Source: Chiloscyllium plagiosum
Lineage: Eukaryota
Assembly (NCBI RefSeq): GCF_004010195.1
Contig: NC_057720.1
Span: 24,117,236 to 24,181,235 of the forward strand
Length of the DNA stretch: 64,000 nucleotides
Reading direction: 5' to 3'
The translations under genes and the position numbers were made by a program. How positions within the stretch are numbered: the first letter of the stretch is position 1; each line of letters starts with the position of its first letter. This document shows positions 63,460-64,000 of this stretch, one piece after another. The notes under the pieces are model-generated. The model was not told the DNA's origin. It searched no databases and was given only the letters and a program-made list of their open reading frames with translations.

Positions 63460-64000
63460 GAGCAAGTAGAGAAAGGGGCCCCTTAAATATGAACAACATT
63501 GTCCATGTATTTAACCTCAGGTGATGGGAGAGATATTAAATGAATATTTCACATCGGTCTTTACTGTGGAAAAGAAATGGAGGCCAGAGAACTCAGGGGG
63601 AATAAATTCTGATGTTTCAAAAACAACTCACATTACAAAAGAGGAAGTGCTGGAGATCTTCAAAAACATAGAGGTAGATAAATCTCAGGGACTTGATGAA
63701 GAGTACTCCGAGACTTTTTGGGAAGTTAGGAAAGGAATTGCGGAACAGAAATATTTGTATCATCATAAACACAGTTGAAGTGTCGGACAACCAAAGAGTG
63801 TCTAATGTTGTGCCTCTATCTAAGAAAAGCTGTAAGGAGAAGCCTGGGAACTATAAGCCTGTGAGACCGATATCGGAGGTGGGTAAATTGTTGGAAGTTT
63901 TTCAGAAAGATAGGGGTTAAATGCATTTGGAGAGGCAAACACTGATTATGGATAGTCAGCATGGTTTTTGTGTGAGGAAACCAATTGAGCTTTTTGAGGA
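63460..64000 (+). mobile_element. CR1 LINE RT fragment (runs off the window)
   Basis: MGEILNEYFTSVFT; KEKPGNYKPV. Confidence 0.85.

Overview
This is AT-rich, repeat-dense vertebrate genomic DNA. The repeat complement (HE1-type tRNA V-SINEs, CR1/HER1 LINEs, Penelope-like elements) points to a cartilaginous fish, probably a shark (inference). One complete protein-coding gene can be reconstructed by hand on the minus strand: FRRS1 (ferric-chelate reductase 1 / SDR2; signal peptide + Reeler + DOMON + cytochrome b561). It has 15 GT-AG coding exons from ATG at 50344 to TGA at 11840, giving a 1785-nt CDS (594 aa) with consistent splice phases. Nearly all other ORFs in the track are retroelement debris or spurious. 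The most notable non-genic signals are: (1) minimal hammerhead-ribozyme motifs in the termini of at least two Penelope-like families; (2) short TSD-flanked fold-back insertions made only of that ribozyme-bearing terminus; (3) an apparently ORF1-less LINE with a tRNA-like head whose two ends together make up a local SINE; (4) three SINE insertions into the same ~75-bp stretch of that LINE family; and (5) deeply nested retroelement stacks. Repeat family names and most repeat boundaries are approximate, read by eye without database searches.
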